Positions 18,531 to 31,800 of a stretch of DNA of 64,000 nt are shown piece after piece. Position 1 is the first letter of the stretch, and each line of letters begins with the position of its first letter. The translations under genes were made by a program, and so were the position numbers. The stretch comes from a virus, in IMG/VR virus record IMGVR_UViG_3300045588_000033, positions 27,511 to 91,510 of that record; one strand, written 5' to 3'. The notes under the pieces are model-generated. The model ran no database searches, was not told where the DNA came from, and saw nothing but the letters and a program-made list of their open reading frames with translations.

Positions 18531-21347
18531 ATGATAACTCCATATTCTACTCCATTAAAAACTGAATATAAACCTTTAGGTTTAGAAGCATTTGCTCAAC
18601 CTTTATCCCAAATGTCTGAAAAATTAGAAACTGCTAAAAGTTTAGCAGCTAATGCAGACTTCGAGATGAGCAGATTAAATCAAGATGACCCTAGAAGTAA
18701 GGAGTTAATGGAATTGTTGAATCAAAAAAGTTCTGAAATAGCTTCTAACTTAAATACTTCAAAGAATTACCGCCAAGCTACACAGCAAATAATGGATTTA
18801 AACAAAATGTTTACTAAAGATCCAGAATTGCAATCTATTAAAAGTAACTATGAAGGTTATAAAAAAATGGAGCAAGAGCATAAAGATATGGTTGCTAAAG
18901 GAACTATAACTCAAAGAGATCTTGATACTTGGAAAATGAAAACTTTAGGAGAGTTTAAAGGCACTGGATTTAATCAAAAAGGTGGAGATTATACTACTAT
19001 AAGCTTACAACCTCGTATGAAGAATATGGAGGAGGAAATGCGTAAAGAATCTTTAGAATTAGCTAGAATGGCTGTAACACAGCATTATCAAAATCCAGGA
19101 GTAGATACACAAGTAGAAATATCTCCTGGAGTTACACAACGTATTGAAACTAAAATAGATTATAGAGACTTAAATCAAGTAGCAGGAGAAATTCAACGTA
19201 TGCTAGCTACTTCTGATAAATACAAAGATTGGGTACAAGAAGATGCTGATTATACTTTCTATGCAAATTCTCAAGGAGAAAAAGGAGAAGAATTTAGAGA
19301 TAATATTATTGACGGAACTGTAGGAATTTTACAAACTCAACTTGCAGCAGCTGTTAAAAGCAAAAATCCTGAACAAGTTACTGCTCTTACTCAGGAATTA
19401 AACAGTACTTTACAAGAAATAGAAGAAGCTAAACTTAATAGCAATGAAGTAGAATTAGCTAAAAAGTATTATAAGCAAGCAGCTAATAATAGATTTGCGC
19501 AATTAGGTGTTGCTGCTGCAGATTTAGTAGATTTTAAAGATGTAAGTAAGGACATTATTGAAAAAGTTGATGCAGGTGTTAAAGCAAAATTAGATGCAAG
19601 CACAGCCTTACTTAAAGATTTTAAATCTATAGATACAGATATAGCTACTGCAGATCTAGATAAGAAAAATATGCCTTTCTCAGGTGGAAGTAGTACAAGT
19701 TCTGTGGAAGAAGAAGTACTTATTTTAAATAATAAAAATACTTATGAAAGAATTAGAGATACTAAAGTAGAAACGGTTCCTACTTTAAAACAATTTGTAG
19801 GAGGTAATAACTTAGATCCTAATTATAATGAAATATTAGAAACTGCTAAAGATATTTATGTAGTAAATAACGGATTAGAGAAATTTGAGCCAGCTATTAA
19901 AGATGTTGATGCTAAAATAGCAGCTGAAAACTTAAAATTAAACAAAGCGGTAACGCCTGAAGAAAAAGCAGAACAAGCAGCAAAAATAAAGGTATTAAAT
20001 CAAGATAGAAATCAATTACAATTAGCTCGTGCTGATACGGGAATAGTTCTAGAAAATCTTATTGTAAGAAATATAGCAGGCGATGAAGAATTAACTTCTT
20101 TGTGGAAAGAAGCTGGTAGAGATACTCCAACATTCTTAGGAATGTTACAAGAAGCTAATATTAAATATCTTGAAAAAGTTAAAAGTAATATAATAGATCC
20201 AAATGCTAAAATAGATCCTTTATCCAAAGAAGGACAATTACAGGCTGAAGCAGCTGCCAAAGGATTAGTAATTGACTACCAATTACCGTCAATTCCAGGA
20301 ATAGGAGTTAAAAAAGGTAAATTAGTGGATTTCTCTGAAACATTAATGGCCAATTATAAAGAAAATATATCTAATAAATTACCTTCAGGAGTTACTCCAT
20401 TAGAAGCAATAGGTAATGAAAATTTAGATAACTACACTGGAGGAGTAGTAGAAAACCTAAAGAAGAATATATTAGCCAATCAAGGGGGTGCTTCCAAAGT
20501 TGATCGAGTATCTTTCAATAAAACAAAAGGTACTACAGAACCGATGGTAGGAAAAAATAACTACGATTTAAATGCTTACGAGCAAGAATTCCATTATGTA
20601 GGAAACAATCAAGATGGTACTCAAGTTCTTAGATACGTATTAAAAAGAGAATTCCAAAATGCAGAAACTGCTAAGAGTGCAGTAGCTTCGGCAATTAGAA
20701 CTCAAAAACAATTGCCTGAAAATACTATTGTATCGGATAAAGAAATTAATGCTTGGAAAGCAGCTAACCCTACTGACATTTATATTACACCTACGGGGCA
20801 ATCAAAGAGTCTAGATATCGCAGCAGCGGCAAAAGAAAGCTATGTTGAATATGCTAATGCGATGCTAGATGTAGGAAGTGAAAAAATGTTTGATAATGTA
20901 AATAACTTTGCATCAATACATTTGATATCTGATCCAGCTAGAAGAATAGCATATACAGAAATGGCAGGAAGATTGCAAGATGCTGTAGAAAATAAATATA
21001 CATCAACCGAATTAATTCAAGCACCTGCTGCATATAGTCAAAATCAAGATGGAACTCAATCAGGGTTTGTAATAAGATACAAAGTAGAATCTGGAGAAGT
21101 AGTAGCTAGTATCAATAGAGTAACTATTCCTAAAGGGGGTGGCCAAGCTATATACAGTGATGTTATTGCTAGAAAAACTTTAGATGCTGCTGGTAATTTA
21201 CCTACGCAATTAGTAGCAATGGATTTAATGTACGGTACAGGTGCTGAAAGAGATTTAATACAAGAGACTACAGGTTGGCAACAATCTACTTTTGTTCCTG
21301 CATTTAAATCTTCTAAGTTTACTACTGTATACAACGCATCGTACTAG
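18531..21347 (+). CDS. Cargo/ejection protein
   Basis: 938-aa helical ORF in the cargo cluster. Confidence 0.6.
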   Translation: MITPYSTPLKTEYKPLGLEAFAQPLSQMSEKLETAKSLAANADFEMSRLNQDDPRSKELMELLNQKSSEIASNLNTSKNYRQATQQIMDLNKMFTKDPELQSIKSNYEGYKKMEQEHKDMVAKGTITQRDLDTWKMKTLGEFKGTGFNQKGGDYTTISLQPRMKNMEEEMRKESLELARMAVTQHYQNPGVDTQVEISPGVTQRIETKIDYRDLNQVAGEIQRMLATSDKYKDWVQEDADYTFYANSQGEKGEEFRDNIIDGTVGILQTQLAAAVKSKNPEQVTALTQELNSTLQEIEEAKLNSNEVELAKKYYKQAANNRFAQLGVAAADLVDFKDVSKDIIEKVDAGVKAKLDASTALLKDFKSIDTDIATADLDKKNMPFSGGSSTSSVEEEVLILNNKNTYERIRDTKVETVPTLKQFVGGNNLDPNYNEILETAKDIYVVNNGLEKFEPAIKDVDAKIAAENLKLNKAVTPEEKAEQAAKIKVLNQDRNQLQLARADTGIVLENLIVRNIAGDEELTSLWKEAGRDTPTFLGMLQEANIKYLEKVKSNIIDPNAKIDPLSKEGQLQAEAAAKGLVIDYQLPSIPGIGVKKGKLVDFSETLMANYKENISNKLPSGVTPLEAIGNENLDNYTGGVVENLKKNILANQGGASKVDRVSFNKTKGTTEPMVGKNNYDLNAYEQEFHYVGNNQDGTQVLRYVLKREFQNAETAKSAVASAIRTQKQLPENTIVSDKEINAWKAANPTDIYITPTGQSKSLDIAAAAKESYVEYANAMLDVGSEKMFDNVNNFASIHLISDPARRIAYTEMAGRLQDAVENKYTSTELIQAPAAYSQNQDGTQSGFVIRYKVESGEVVASINRVTIPKGGGQAIYSDVIARKTLDAAGNLPTQLVAMDLMYGTGAERDLIQETTGWQQSTFVPAFKSSKFTTVYNASY

Positions 21348-21388
21348 GAAGTACTTATTAAGAATTTCTAAATAACAATAATTTTATT

Positions 21389-21396
21389 TATCTTTG
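21389..21396 (+). promoter_or_regulatory. Bacteroidota-type -7 promoter element TATCTTTG
   Basis: TAnnTTTG in the intergenic gap before ATG 21413. Confidence 0.5.
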
Positions 21397-21412
21397 ATTA
21401 ATATAAACATTC

Positions 21413-24400
21413 ATGGAAGAAGATATAGATAAGCCAGTTAAGGTAAAAGGAGTAGACACTGGTAAAGAAGGTGGGACCTATTCTTCTGTATTGCCTAAAA
21501 CTAAATCTTCCGATGCTTACCGAGAAGCTAAAACTTCTGAAGAAGATTTTATACAGAAGTTAGGAAATATTGCTGAGACTTCTTCTAAAACTACTATTGC
21601 AGGGACTGACTTCAATGTTGACGTAAGAGCTAGAGCTCTATATACTCCTATGAATTTGGCTAGCGGTATACGTGACCCAAATGAACGTGCTAAATTCTTA
21701 AACGAGCACGGGAACAAAATGGTTAAATTAATGGGCCAAGATGAATATGGCATCAGATTTAATCGTGAAATAAAAGATGTTGCAGCTTATAAAGAAAAAT
21801 TATATGATAAACATGTAGATAAATTTCTAGATGATTTAGATGAAAATCAAGGATTTCTGGCAGAAGCTGCTAATACTGCAGTAAAACTTGTAGGAGGAAC
21901 TGCTGTAGCTGTAGGAGGATTAATACCTTTAGTATATGGTTTAGGAAAAGGATTAATTACTTGGGACGCTAAGAATATTTTCAATAACGGAATGTTTGAT
22001 GCATGGGAAACCGTGGATCAAGGGATAAGTAATAAGTTTGCAGTATATGGAGGATCAGATTATGATTTAGACGAAACAGGAGCTCAAAAAGGTTTCTTCT
22101 CTAGATTTATATCTCATCCAATGAAATCTCTTAATGCAGATATAGCACCTGCAGTTTCTTTTGTAGCTAGTGCAGTTATTACTGAATTATTAGCAGGAGC
22201 AGCAGCACCATTTACAGGCGGGGGGTCAGTGATAGCAGCAAATGCTATGTTGGCTGCAAGAGCTACTAGATTATTTGGAGGAGGAGCAAAAGCAGCACTA
22301 CAAGTAGGAATAAAAGGTACTAACCTACTACTTCCTAAGGGTATGAAGGCTATTCGAGGTTTGGAAACTTTGAGTGACTATCAACAAGCTAAAAAGTTAG
22401 TAGTACTTTCTAAAAAATATAGAGAAACTTTAGGCACAGCAACTTCTATGGTAAGAAGTGCTGGTTATGAGTCTTCTTTAATTGCCAGAGATACTTATGA
22501 AAGTACTTTGGAAAGTATGCTAAGTAAGCATGCAGAATTAAATGTAGATGCACAAGGTAACTCTATACAGCCTACAGAAGCAGAAATGGCATTATATACT
22601 CAAAAAGCAGAAGATGCTTCTGAGTATGCTTGGTTTACTAATATTCCATTAGTAGGCTTTTCTAATATGATGCAATTTCCTAAGATTTTTGCAGGAGGGT
22701 ATAAAGTAAATAAAGCATTATCTAAATTAAATCCAATAAAAGCTTCAGGAACTGTAATTAACAAAGAAGGTGTTAGAGTTGCTCGTTCAGAAGTATTAGG
22801 TAAATGGGGACGTACTGCCGTTGTAGGCGGTGCAATGGTAAAGTCAGGTATTACTGAAGGATTTGAAGAATTCTCTCAAGGAGTACTTGAGCATGGTTTA
22901 GCTGATTATTATACTGCAAAATATACTAAAAATTCTAGAGATACTTCTATTGGCTTAGTGTCAGCAATGAATACTGCTGCTAGAAATTATGCAGGATCAA
23001 CTGAGGGACAAGATTCTATGGCTATAGGATTCCTAATGGGGATGTTGGGAATACGTTTACCTATGAGGGTTAATAAAGACACAGGTAAATTAGAAAAAGG
23101 TTGGGAAGTTTATGGTGGAGCATTCCAAGCTCGTAGAGATGTTAAAGAAAAATGGGCTAAAGATAAGATTAATGCTGATTACCTTAATGCGCATTCTACC
23201 CAAGATGCATTAAAAGCCAATTATAACAACATGGCTCGTGCGGTTACTACTCAGGAAGAACAAGATCTTGCAGAAAGTAGTGGAGATTTATTTACTTATA
23301 AGAATAAGGAACATGAGCAAATGCACTCATTTGTTTCTACAAGAATAGAACTAGGATTAGAAGATACTATTTTTCAAGATTTAGATGCATACGAAGCATT
23401 ACCTCTTGATGTATTTAACGAACAATTTAGTACTAAAGAAGTTAAAGAATTTACTGAAGAATCTAGAAAAGAAGTACTAGACAAAGCTAGACAAGATACA
23501 AAGAGTGTTATAAAAGCAACTGAAGAAATAGATGCGTTATTTAATGATAACACTACTTTTGTAGATTTCTTAACTAGAAAAGATTATAAAGGTTTACAAG
23601 ATCCTAAAAATATTACACAGGCTCTAAAAGAACAAATGATTTACTTACATTCTGCTAATAGTAATCTAGAAGGAAGAGAAGTTAAATTAGGTGAGGATGT
23701 GCAGAAGCTGACTAACGGTGAGATTTTACCTATGTTATTTAATAATATAGTAGGAAGAATAGCAGGTATTAAGAAGGACGACGGTAGTGCAGAAATGATT
23801 ACATCGGCAGCAGAGTTATACAAAGCTGCTATGCAAGAATGGCAATCAAAAGACCCTAACGGTTATAATTTTCATGCAAAAGAAGTTGGGCCTATTCTAC
23901 AAGACATAGTAAAAATTAAAGTAAAAAGAGAGCAGTTAAGTAATTTATACAAAGTATTATTTACTAAATCAGGTGCTAAAAACTTTGCACAATTCTATGA
24001 ATTATTAGAAAGCCACTACATTGATGAGGCGAATAAAAAGGTTTTAGAAAAAATAGCTGAAGATGCTAAGACTGCTAAAACTTCTCAAAAAGTCGATAAA
24101 TTAAATAGAGATGAAAAATCTGTATCTGGAGAAACTCCAATTATGGATGCAAAAACTAAAGCAGAATTAGAGCAAGCTGACCAAGAATTAAATTCACTTT
24201 TTACAGAAACTATTCCTGAAGATGTTATTAAGAACTCGGATTTAGAAACATTAATACCTTCAGCATCTGCTAATACTATATTAGAGATACTAGCAACTAA
24301 ACCTGCTATTTTTAGATTACTAAAAAAGAGTCTATTAAACAAAGGAATTATATTAGGAGACACTGTTGATGAAGCTTTGCAGAATCTAACAATGGACCCA

Positions 24401-25348
24401 AAATTAGGATTTAACATTGTAGCTGAATATAATAATATTAGAGCATCACTTTTGGCTAATGCCCCAGCAGTTAATGTAATATTAAACTTTGCGGATTCTA
24501 AAGACAGCAGTCAACCTAATCCTGGTGCAGAGAAAGTATTAACTCCTGAAGAAGAATTAGCAATAGAATTGGGTAGATTACAAGCTAAGTTTAACCCTGG
24601 GGATACGGTAACAGCTTCGGCAATTATAGGGGTAACTCACCATAAAGAAATAAAAAATAAGAAACTTACAAGAGACCCTAAAACAGGTAAATTTATTAAA
24701 AAAGAAACTGATCAGCCTGTAGATAATGCTTTACTAAACTCTACTGAATTTTTATCTAATAAAGAATTAGAAGAGAAGTTTAAATATGCAGAATTTAAAA
24801 TAGAAAAAACTATTCCTTGGAAAGATCGTAAAGGCAACACAGTAGAAATTACTGATGATAATATTAGAATAGGTGTTTATCACGAAGGAGTATTCTTAAT
24901 GGATTTACCTGCTTTTCAAGAAGGTATGCCTGCAAATTTCTTAGCACTTCGTAAAGCTATTATAGCTCAAGAAACTGGAGTAGCAGCACCAAGTACTACT
25001 ACTGCGACGGAAACAATTACAAAACAAAAAGTTCGTTTAAAAAATGTTATTAATGATTTTTCTATAGACGCACAAGCATTATTAAATAATCCTAATCCTA
25101 CTATAGAAGAATATAATGCCGTAATAAGTAACTATGAATTTGATTTATCTGCAGATTTACCTAGTAAAAAATTACGAGCTAATATAGAATCCCAATTAAA
25201 AGATATTAAAAATACTTTTAAAATTACAATTCCAACTGCTACACCAAGAAGATCGGAAATAGATGAAAATTTTGATAATATAATAGAACAATTACTTAAA
25301 TCAAAAGTTAATGTGTTCTTTAAAGAAGAATTTAAAAAAGAATGTTAA
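21413..25348 (+). CDS. Large cargo/ejection protein with predicted membrane helices
   Basis: 1311 aa; Gly/Ala hydrophobic stretches, EGFEEFSQG motif; upstream of the virion RNAP. Confidence 0.65.
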   Translation: MEEDIDKPVKVKGVDTGKEGGTYSSVLPKTKSSDAYREAKTSEEDFIQKLGNIAETSSKTTIAGTDFNVDVRARALYTPMNLASGIRDPNERAKFLNEHGNKMVKLMGQDEYGIRFNREIKDVAAYKEKLYDKHVDKFLDDLDENQGFLAEAANTAVKLVGGTAVAVGGLIPLVYGLGKGLITWDAKNIFNNGMFDAWETVDQGISNKFAVYGGSDYDLDETGAQKGFFSRFISHPMKSLNADIAPAVSFVASAVITELLAGAAAPFTGGGSVIAANAMLAARATRLFGGGAKAALQVGIKGTNLLLPKGMKAIRGLETLSDYQQAKKLVVLSKKYRETLGTATSMVRSAGYESSLIARDTYESTLESMLSKHAELNVDAQGNSIQPTEAEMALYTQKAEDASEYAWFTNIPLVGFSNMMQFPKIFAGGYKVNKALSKLNPIKASGTVINKEGVRVARSEVLGKWGRTAVVGGAMVKSGITEGFEEFSQGVLEHGLADYYTAKYTKNSRDTSIGLVSAMNTAARNYAGSTEGQDSMAIGFLMGMLGIRLPMRVNKDTGKLEKGWEVYGGAFQARRDVKEKWAKDKINADYLNAHSTQDALKANYNNMARAVTTQEEQDLAESSGDLFTYKNKEHEQMHSFVSTRIELGLEDTIFQDLDAYEALPLDVFNEQFSTKEVKEFTEESRKEVLDKARQDTKSVIKATEEIDALFNDNTTFVDFLTRKDYKGLQDPKNITQALKEQMIYLHSANSNLEGREVKLGEDVQKLTNGEILPMLFNNIVGRIAGIKKDDGSAEMITSAAELYKAAMQEWQSKDPNGYNFHAKEVGPILQDIVKIKVKREQLSNLYKVLFTKSGAKNFAQFYELLESHYIDEANKKVLEKIAEDAKTAKTSQKVDKLNRDEKSVSGETPIMDAKTKAELEQADQELNSLFTETIPEDVIKNSDLETLIPSASANTILEILATKPAIFRLLKKSLLNKGIILGDTVDEALQNLTMDPKLGFNIVAEYNNIRASLLANAPAVNVILNFADSKDSSQPNPGAEKVLTPEEELAIELGRLQAKFNPGDTVTASAIIGVTHHKEIKNKKLTRDPKTGKFIKKETDQPVDNALLNSTEFLSNKELEEKFKYAEFKIEKTIPWKDRKGNTVEITDDNIRIGVYHEGVFLMDLPAFQEGMPANFLALRKAIIAQETGVAAPSTTTATETITKQKVRLKNVINDFSIDAQALLNNPNPTIEEYNAVISNYEFDLSADLPSKKLRANIESQLKDIKNTFKITIPTATPRRSEIDENFDNIIEQLLKSKVNVFFKEEFKKEC

Positions 25349-25350
25349 TT

Positions 25351-25824
25351 ATGGAAAATTTATTAAGTGAAATAGAACAAAAAGAACTAAACAAGTTTGG
25401 TTTACTAGAACTAACTGCTTCTCAGAATTACTTACATCTTAGTAATAGGATGAAAACTTTAGGCTATTTCGGTGCTGAAAAGTTTTTCTTAAGTGAATCT
25501 AATAGTGAAAGAGATCACTATGGTAAAATTGAAAAATTTGCTAATGATTTAGGCGGAGAAGTATCAGTAGAATCTTTGGTAAAAGTAACTAGCACTGTAA
25601 GTAATATTAAAGAAGCCTTAGAACATGCTTACCAAATGGAAAAAGATTTGATGATGGAGTACGAGAAAGCAGCAATACGCACCGACTTATCATTAAAAGT
25701 TGTACTTTTGTTGCAAGACTTCACAACGCATCAAGTAGGAGCAGTAGGTGAATATGGAGATTTACTTGCTAGGTTAGCTCTTACAGATAATATGTTGTTG
25801 TTCGATCAAGAACTTGGTAATTAA
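25351..25824 (+). CDS. Ferritin-like protein
   Basis: ELTASQNY..GYFGAEKFF..E..SERDH..AYQMEK..LLQDF..HQ follows the Ftn four-helix pattern; start either 25342 or 25351. Confidence 0.75.
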   Translation: MENLLSEIEQKELNKFGLLELTASQNYLHLSNRMKTLGYFGAEKFFLSESNSERDHYGKIEKFANDLGGEVSVESLVKVTSTVSNIKEALEHAYQMEKDLMMEYEKAAIRTDLSLKVVLLLQDFTTHQVGAVGEYGDLLARLALTDNMLLFDQELGN

Positions 25825-25835
25825 AAAATTAAATT

Positions 25836-28800
25836 ATGGCTTGTCAATACTGGTATAATAATGCTTGGCGTTCTGAAGAAGAATTTAAGAATATTTTAGA
25901 TAGTGGATTATTAGACAATTTAATCAAGGATAAGAAAGTATCTATCCCAGGGTTAAAAGCTGATGCCAAAAAAGCTAGAGAATTTGCTAAGGCTGGTATT
26001 AAAAAACAACCATTAAGATTACGTATTATAAATAAAATACAAGCACGTATTAATAATGAGAGAGAGCCTATAACAGGTGCTTTTGTTAATAATAATCCTG
26101 TAAAAGTTTTAGCTCAGGCAACTGCTGAGAAAAAACAAAAAAATCCTAAAGCGGCTCAAATTCCTTTTTTAATTGTAATTAAGGTTAAAGGAGAGCTGAA
26201 AGTAGGTAAAGAAACTAAGAATACTGAAAAACTTAGAAACGAGATATTAAATTCAAAAATATCTGGAACTATTGTTGAGAATCTAAAAGAAGGTATTCCT
26301 TATATGATGGTTCCCTCTGCATACGGATTATACCCTATACAGATGAAATCTCACGCTGTTAAAGATACAACAGCATTTACGGGATTAAAAACTGCAGTTA
26401 AGGCCCTACAAACAGCCAATCCTCAAGATTTCTTCCTTACTAAAAAGAACATTGAGAAAATGTTATACCAGACTACTATTGACATAGAAGCTGGTAAATA
26501 TAAAGTAGTAAGACAAGACCCTACAACTAAATTAGCAGTTACTAAGTTATTTAGCACTGCTGAGGAAACTAGTGCTTATTTAGGCAATTTATTATATCGT
26601 TGTGACTATACCAAGATTAACTCAGTAGTAGGAGGAACAGACTATAATACACAATTAGCTAATATTGGAGCAGTCTCTACAGATTTATTTTCTGAAGACG
26701 GCAACTTCTTTAACTCTAGTTCTTTTGTAATAGAAGCTTACCAAATATCTCCTGAAGATAAAGCAACTTTAGAATTACTTATAGAATCTAAAGTAGGGCC
26801 TAATCCTGCTTCTGTATCTTTTTCTAATGCAGTAGCACAACAAAATACTACAGCTCCTGCAGCAAGTATTAATAAAGCAGACGAAAGTCCTATCTTTAAT
26901 ACTCCTATAGACCAAGTAAATGCTGCTATTGCAGCTTCTACTGGAGAAATTATACGTGATTATACAATTGCCCCAAATACTAATTTTCCTATTGCTAGAG
27001 TTATTGCTTCTGTAAAAGATGGAGTAGTTACGGTACAATCTATCCAGTTAATTTCTAAATCTAAGCAAGTAAATCAAAGTGATAAAATTACAATTTCTCC
27101 TAAAAAACCTACATCCAAGCAACAACAAGCTGCTACTAAAGCATTTTTTGAATCTAAAGATATTATTGCTATAAAAGAAAAAGCTACCAAAACTCCTGCA
27201 CCGACAGGTGTTGTAGATTGGTTAAATTTAATATCTAAAGCAACTTCTTCAAAAGAATTAGATGCTATTGTCGATCAGATAGACAAAGCAGATGCTATGA
27301 CGCAAGCTTTGATGGAAGACATAGCTACTACAAGACTTATATTACCTGAAACTTCTCCTACTACAAAAAGTCCTTCTGCAATTACTGCAGCACTGCAGCA
27401 GATGGTGGATCAAGAGTTAACTGATTTAGCGCCAGAAGTAGAAGAAGAAGGAATGGATACTTTAGAAGGGATGATAGCTCGTTCTAAAGAAACAGTTGCT
27501 GAAGAACCTATAGCTGAAGAATCTATGGATTTTGGATCTTTATTTGACGATGAAGTAGATATTGAGGGTAAAACTTTAGAAGAAGTTCCTAATGCTGTTA
27601 AAACAAGATTAAGACAAACTCCTAAAACAGACGGAACTAAGTGGTCTAAAAAAGAAGAGATTACCAAATTAAGAGAAATGATTGGTAATCGTAGTAAAAA
27701 AAATAATGGTAAAGTAAGAATATTTAAATCTTTAGAAGCTTTAGAAGAATATTTACCTGCAGAGACTTACGAAATGCTTCTTGAAGCAAGAAAACATGGA
27801 AAACAACTTCACGGTGTATTTACAGAAGCAGCGTTGTATTTAAGTGAAAATGCAGCAGCAGGAACTACTTATCACGAAGCTTTCCACGTAATATTTAATT
27901 TAGCCCTACCTCTAGAAACAAGAGTTAAGATTCTAAATGAAGCATTAGAAAAATATCCAGAAGAATTACCCCTAGTAAAAGTAGTAGATGCATCAGGTAA
28001 GGAAACTTTCAGAATGCCTACTTTTATTGAAATAGAAGAATTACTTGCTGATAAATTTATGGACTACGTTATGTCCAAAGAAGAAGATAAATTTGGAGAT
28101 AAAGACTTTGAATTTACTACTTTAGGTAAGACTTTTAGAGGTATGTATAGAATGTTGGAAGTATTCTTCCACCCTTCTAGAAAAATAGATATAGACCAAT
28201 TATTTGAAGATATAAATTGGGGAGTATATAAGTACTCTGTCAATTTTAGAAATACAGTATTGCCATTCCAAGTTAAACTTAAACAAACTGATCCCGATCA
28301 TAAATATGATAACGGTGAGGAAGAGCGTCAAGCTTTTGTTTACATGCAATCTAGAATGGATGATATTTTTGATGTTTATAGAAGTATCAGCATTGAAAAC
28401 GAGAATAAGACTGAAAGAGAGATTATTAATACCATGGGAGTAGATAAATTCTACACACAGTTATTAAGTAATATCTTTGCAGATGCTAAATTAAACAGAA
28501 ATAATAGTGCAGGACAATACATAATGAAATTGTACTCTGTGTTAACTAACGGAGGTACTGCTGCATCAACTGTTGAAATAGAAGGTAAATTATTTAAACA
28601 ATTTAATAAACCTACAGACTTACTACAAAGATTTAATCAATCTTTAGTACTAAGAGGTTTACACATGAGCTACAAAGGTGCAGTCGCTGCCAAGGATAAT
28701 TTAATTGGCGATAGTGCTAATCCTATAGAAACTAACGAAGAAAATACAAAATCGGAAGCATGGATGAAAGGGAACATAGAAATGGACCCTAGAGACAGCA

Positions 28801-31800
28801 TGAGTCAGAAACTCAAAAGTTTCTTTGCTACTATTCCTAAATTTGTTTCCAATAGAAAGGACGCTAGGCCTCTACTAAACGTATTTAATGTACAAGAAAA
28901 AGAAGAAGGCGGTAAAGTATTTGGTTACCTATTATCTCGTATTTCTGATAGTTATTCTGTAGAAAATATGATGGAAAAGCTTCAAGCTATTAAAACTGAG
29001 AAGCCCTACATTGTGCACATTATAGAAAAAATGGAACAAGATTCCACATTGAAAACAGAATTGTGGCTAGCAATAGGACAAAAGCATTTTGCTACTTTCT
29101 CATTTGCTTATGATGATAATGGTGAATACAAAATAATTAAATCTAATAGAAAGAATTTTGGAAATATAGTTAGAGACGAAATTATTGGTGGATTCTTAAT
29201 ACAAGGTAATCCATTGTTTGAAAAAGATGCAAAAGGCCGAACTAATTTTGAAGATATTAATTTAGAAAAAGTAGATGCTTTATTAGAAGCTCTTACAAAT
29301 ATTAAGTTAAGTGCTTCTACAATAAATAAAGCAGAAGGAAATACTAAAAAAGCTGCTGAATTATTATTTAAAGTGCTTTCTAATACAATTACTAAAGTCA
29401 ATATTAATATTTCTCCTGAAGATATTTACACAGTGTGGAATCCTGAAACAGGAAAAGCTTCTTGGAAAAATATTGAAAATTTAATAAATACCTTAATAGA
29501 TATCACTACTGAGTTAAGCAATAATAAAAATCCATTCTTAGGTTTAAAACCAGACGAGTTAATAGTAGATAGGAAAGTAAAGGGAGATAAGAATTCTATA
29601 GAAAAATTAGGTAGAATTTTACAACCTGCTTTAGAAAAAGAAGTAGTTTCTGCATTTAGAAATATAGAGGGAAATACTGTGTACAATTTAATTTTATCTA
29701 ATTTCTTAAATAAACAATTAGATAAGTTTAAAAATGAAGAATCTTTTCAAGAGTATTTAGAACAAATATCTAAAGATTCTTTACTAAGCAATCTTCCATT
29801 TATAAAAGATTTAAATGACCCAGACTCTGGAGTTATGAAGGCTCTAAATGTAATTATATTAGACGGTCTAGCTAGAAAAGGTAAGAAGAAGTCGGTAACT
29901 TACGAGAAGATGTCGGATATAGAAATGATGGCTACAGAGTTAGCAATGTTTCAGAATTCAAATTCTCAATCAAAAGCAAAATACAAATTACCAATTCCTT
30001 CAGATGCGCCAACAATTCCATTCTTGGAATCAAGTAAGTTTACAAAAGAAGAATTAGTAGATAAGTTAACTGCTACAGCTAAGGCAGAATTTTCTAGAAT
30101 TACTAAATTACGAAGTAATACTAATAAAGACCTTGCATTAATACCTAATTATTTAGAAAAAGGTGTAGACTTTCAAATATTATCTTTTTTAAATAGTAAG
30201 ATTGATAAAACTAAGGTATTTAATGAAAAGCAAGTTAGAGCTCTAATAGAGGAATTCTTAAATAATAAATTTATACAAGACCATATTGCATATTACAAGA
30301 AAAAAGGTATTATAACTGCAGTAAATCCAACTACAGGAGAAATTGCTTTTGCTGACGGTTTAATAAGTAAGAGTGTAAAAAACAAAACTGAGTTCTTTAA
30401 AGACTTTTTGTATAACACTTATTATATGAATACTCAGTTAACTACAGTATTTGGGGGAGATCCTGCTTTTTATAAGAGCACTGTAGATTATCAGAAAAGA
30501 TATAAGCAAATTATGAGTCCAGGTATCTACACAGATACTGCAAATTTACCTGATACTTATAATGCTATTATTCTTAATGATGAAGAAGCTCCTACAGCTA
30601 AAGAAACTGTAGAAGTTATAGTAGAATTAATTAAAAATTCTGATTTAAATAAAGAAGAAAAAGCAGAATTAACAGCTTTATGGAAAACGGCTAAGCACAA
30701 TCTTACAGATGCTGCTACTTTTATTAGTCCTTTACGTAAGAAGCAACAATTGCAAGGATTAAAAAGATGGACTCCTCCACACGAAGATGCTTATCAACGG
30801 GAAATTAAAGGCTTGCCTTCTTTGCCTGAAGATTTAAATTTATTCCAACCAGAAAAACCTTTCTTCTTTACGCAAAGAATAGTTAATGGGACAGTTGTTC
30901 CTACGCAAATTAAAAACTCTGAGATAGTTCTTACAAGAGAATTAGCTTATAAAAAAGATACAGACGGTAATTTTAAATTTCCTAAGTTAGTTGCTATTTA
31001 TAATACTTTAATGAATGGTATAGAAACTGAAGAAGGAGTTACTAGAATAGATACTGCTATTTTTGAATCAGCTGTTAAAGTAGGCGCTTTAGGTAATTCT
31101 ACTAATGCTAAAGGCAAAGTAAGATTTACTTCTTACGAATTACAAGAAGACGGTACTTACGCTTTACCTGCAGATACTCAAGTAATAACTCTTAAAAGTG
31201 AAGAATGGAGATTACAGCAAGAAACTCCTGAACACTACATAGACTCAGAAGGTAACTTTGGTACCCAGTTGAGAAACCTTGCTATTGGAGATATGGACCT
31301 TACAGGTACGTATAATATTAACGGCAAAAGTATGACAGGCGAAGACGTTGCTAAGTTATACCAAGAATTAATTGCTGAAGATTTAAAATCTTCTTTTGAA
31401 GAATTAAAAGAAGTATTTGAAAACAAGGATGGCTCAATAGATTACGAGCGTCTAGCAGAAATGCTTAGAAAAGAGGTTATAAGTAGAGACATGGGTCAAG
31501 AATATTTAGATGCATTAGCACCTATTAAAGATGCCATGGGGAATACTACTACTACTCTTCCTTTGTACCATCCTTTGATTTCTTACAAAATGATGGCAGT
31601 AATGAACTCTTTCTTTCAGAATAGAGTTACTAAGCAAAAAATTGCAGGAGGTGCAGTAATTAATGCTTCTTCTTACGGTGTAAATGAAGACTTAAAGTTT
31701 AAAGTAGATAAAAAACTAGGTAAAATTACTCTTCAAGCAATGATGCCTTGGACATCCAGAAAGTATTTCCCATTAGATGCTAATGGAGAAGTAGATATGG

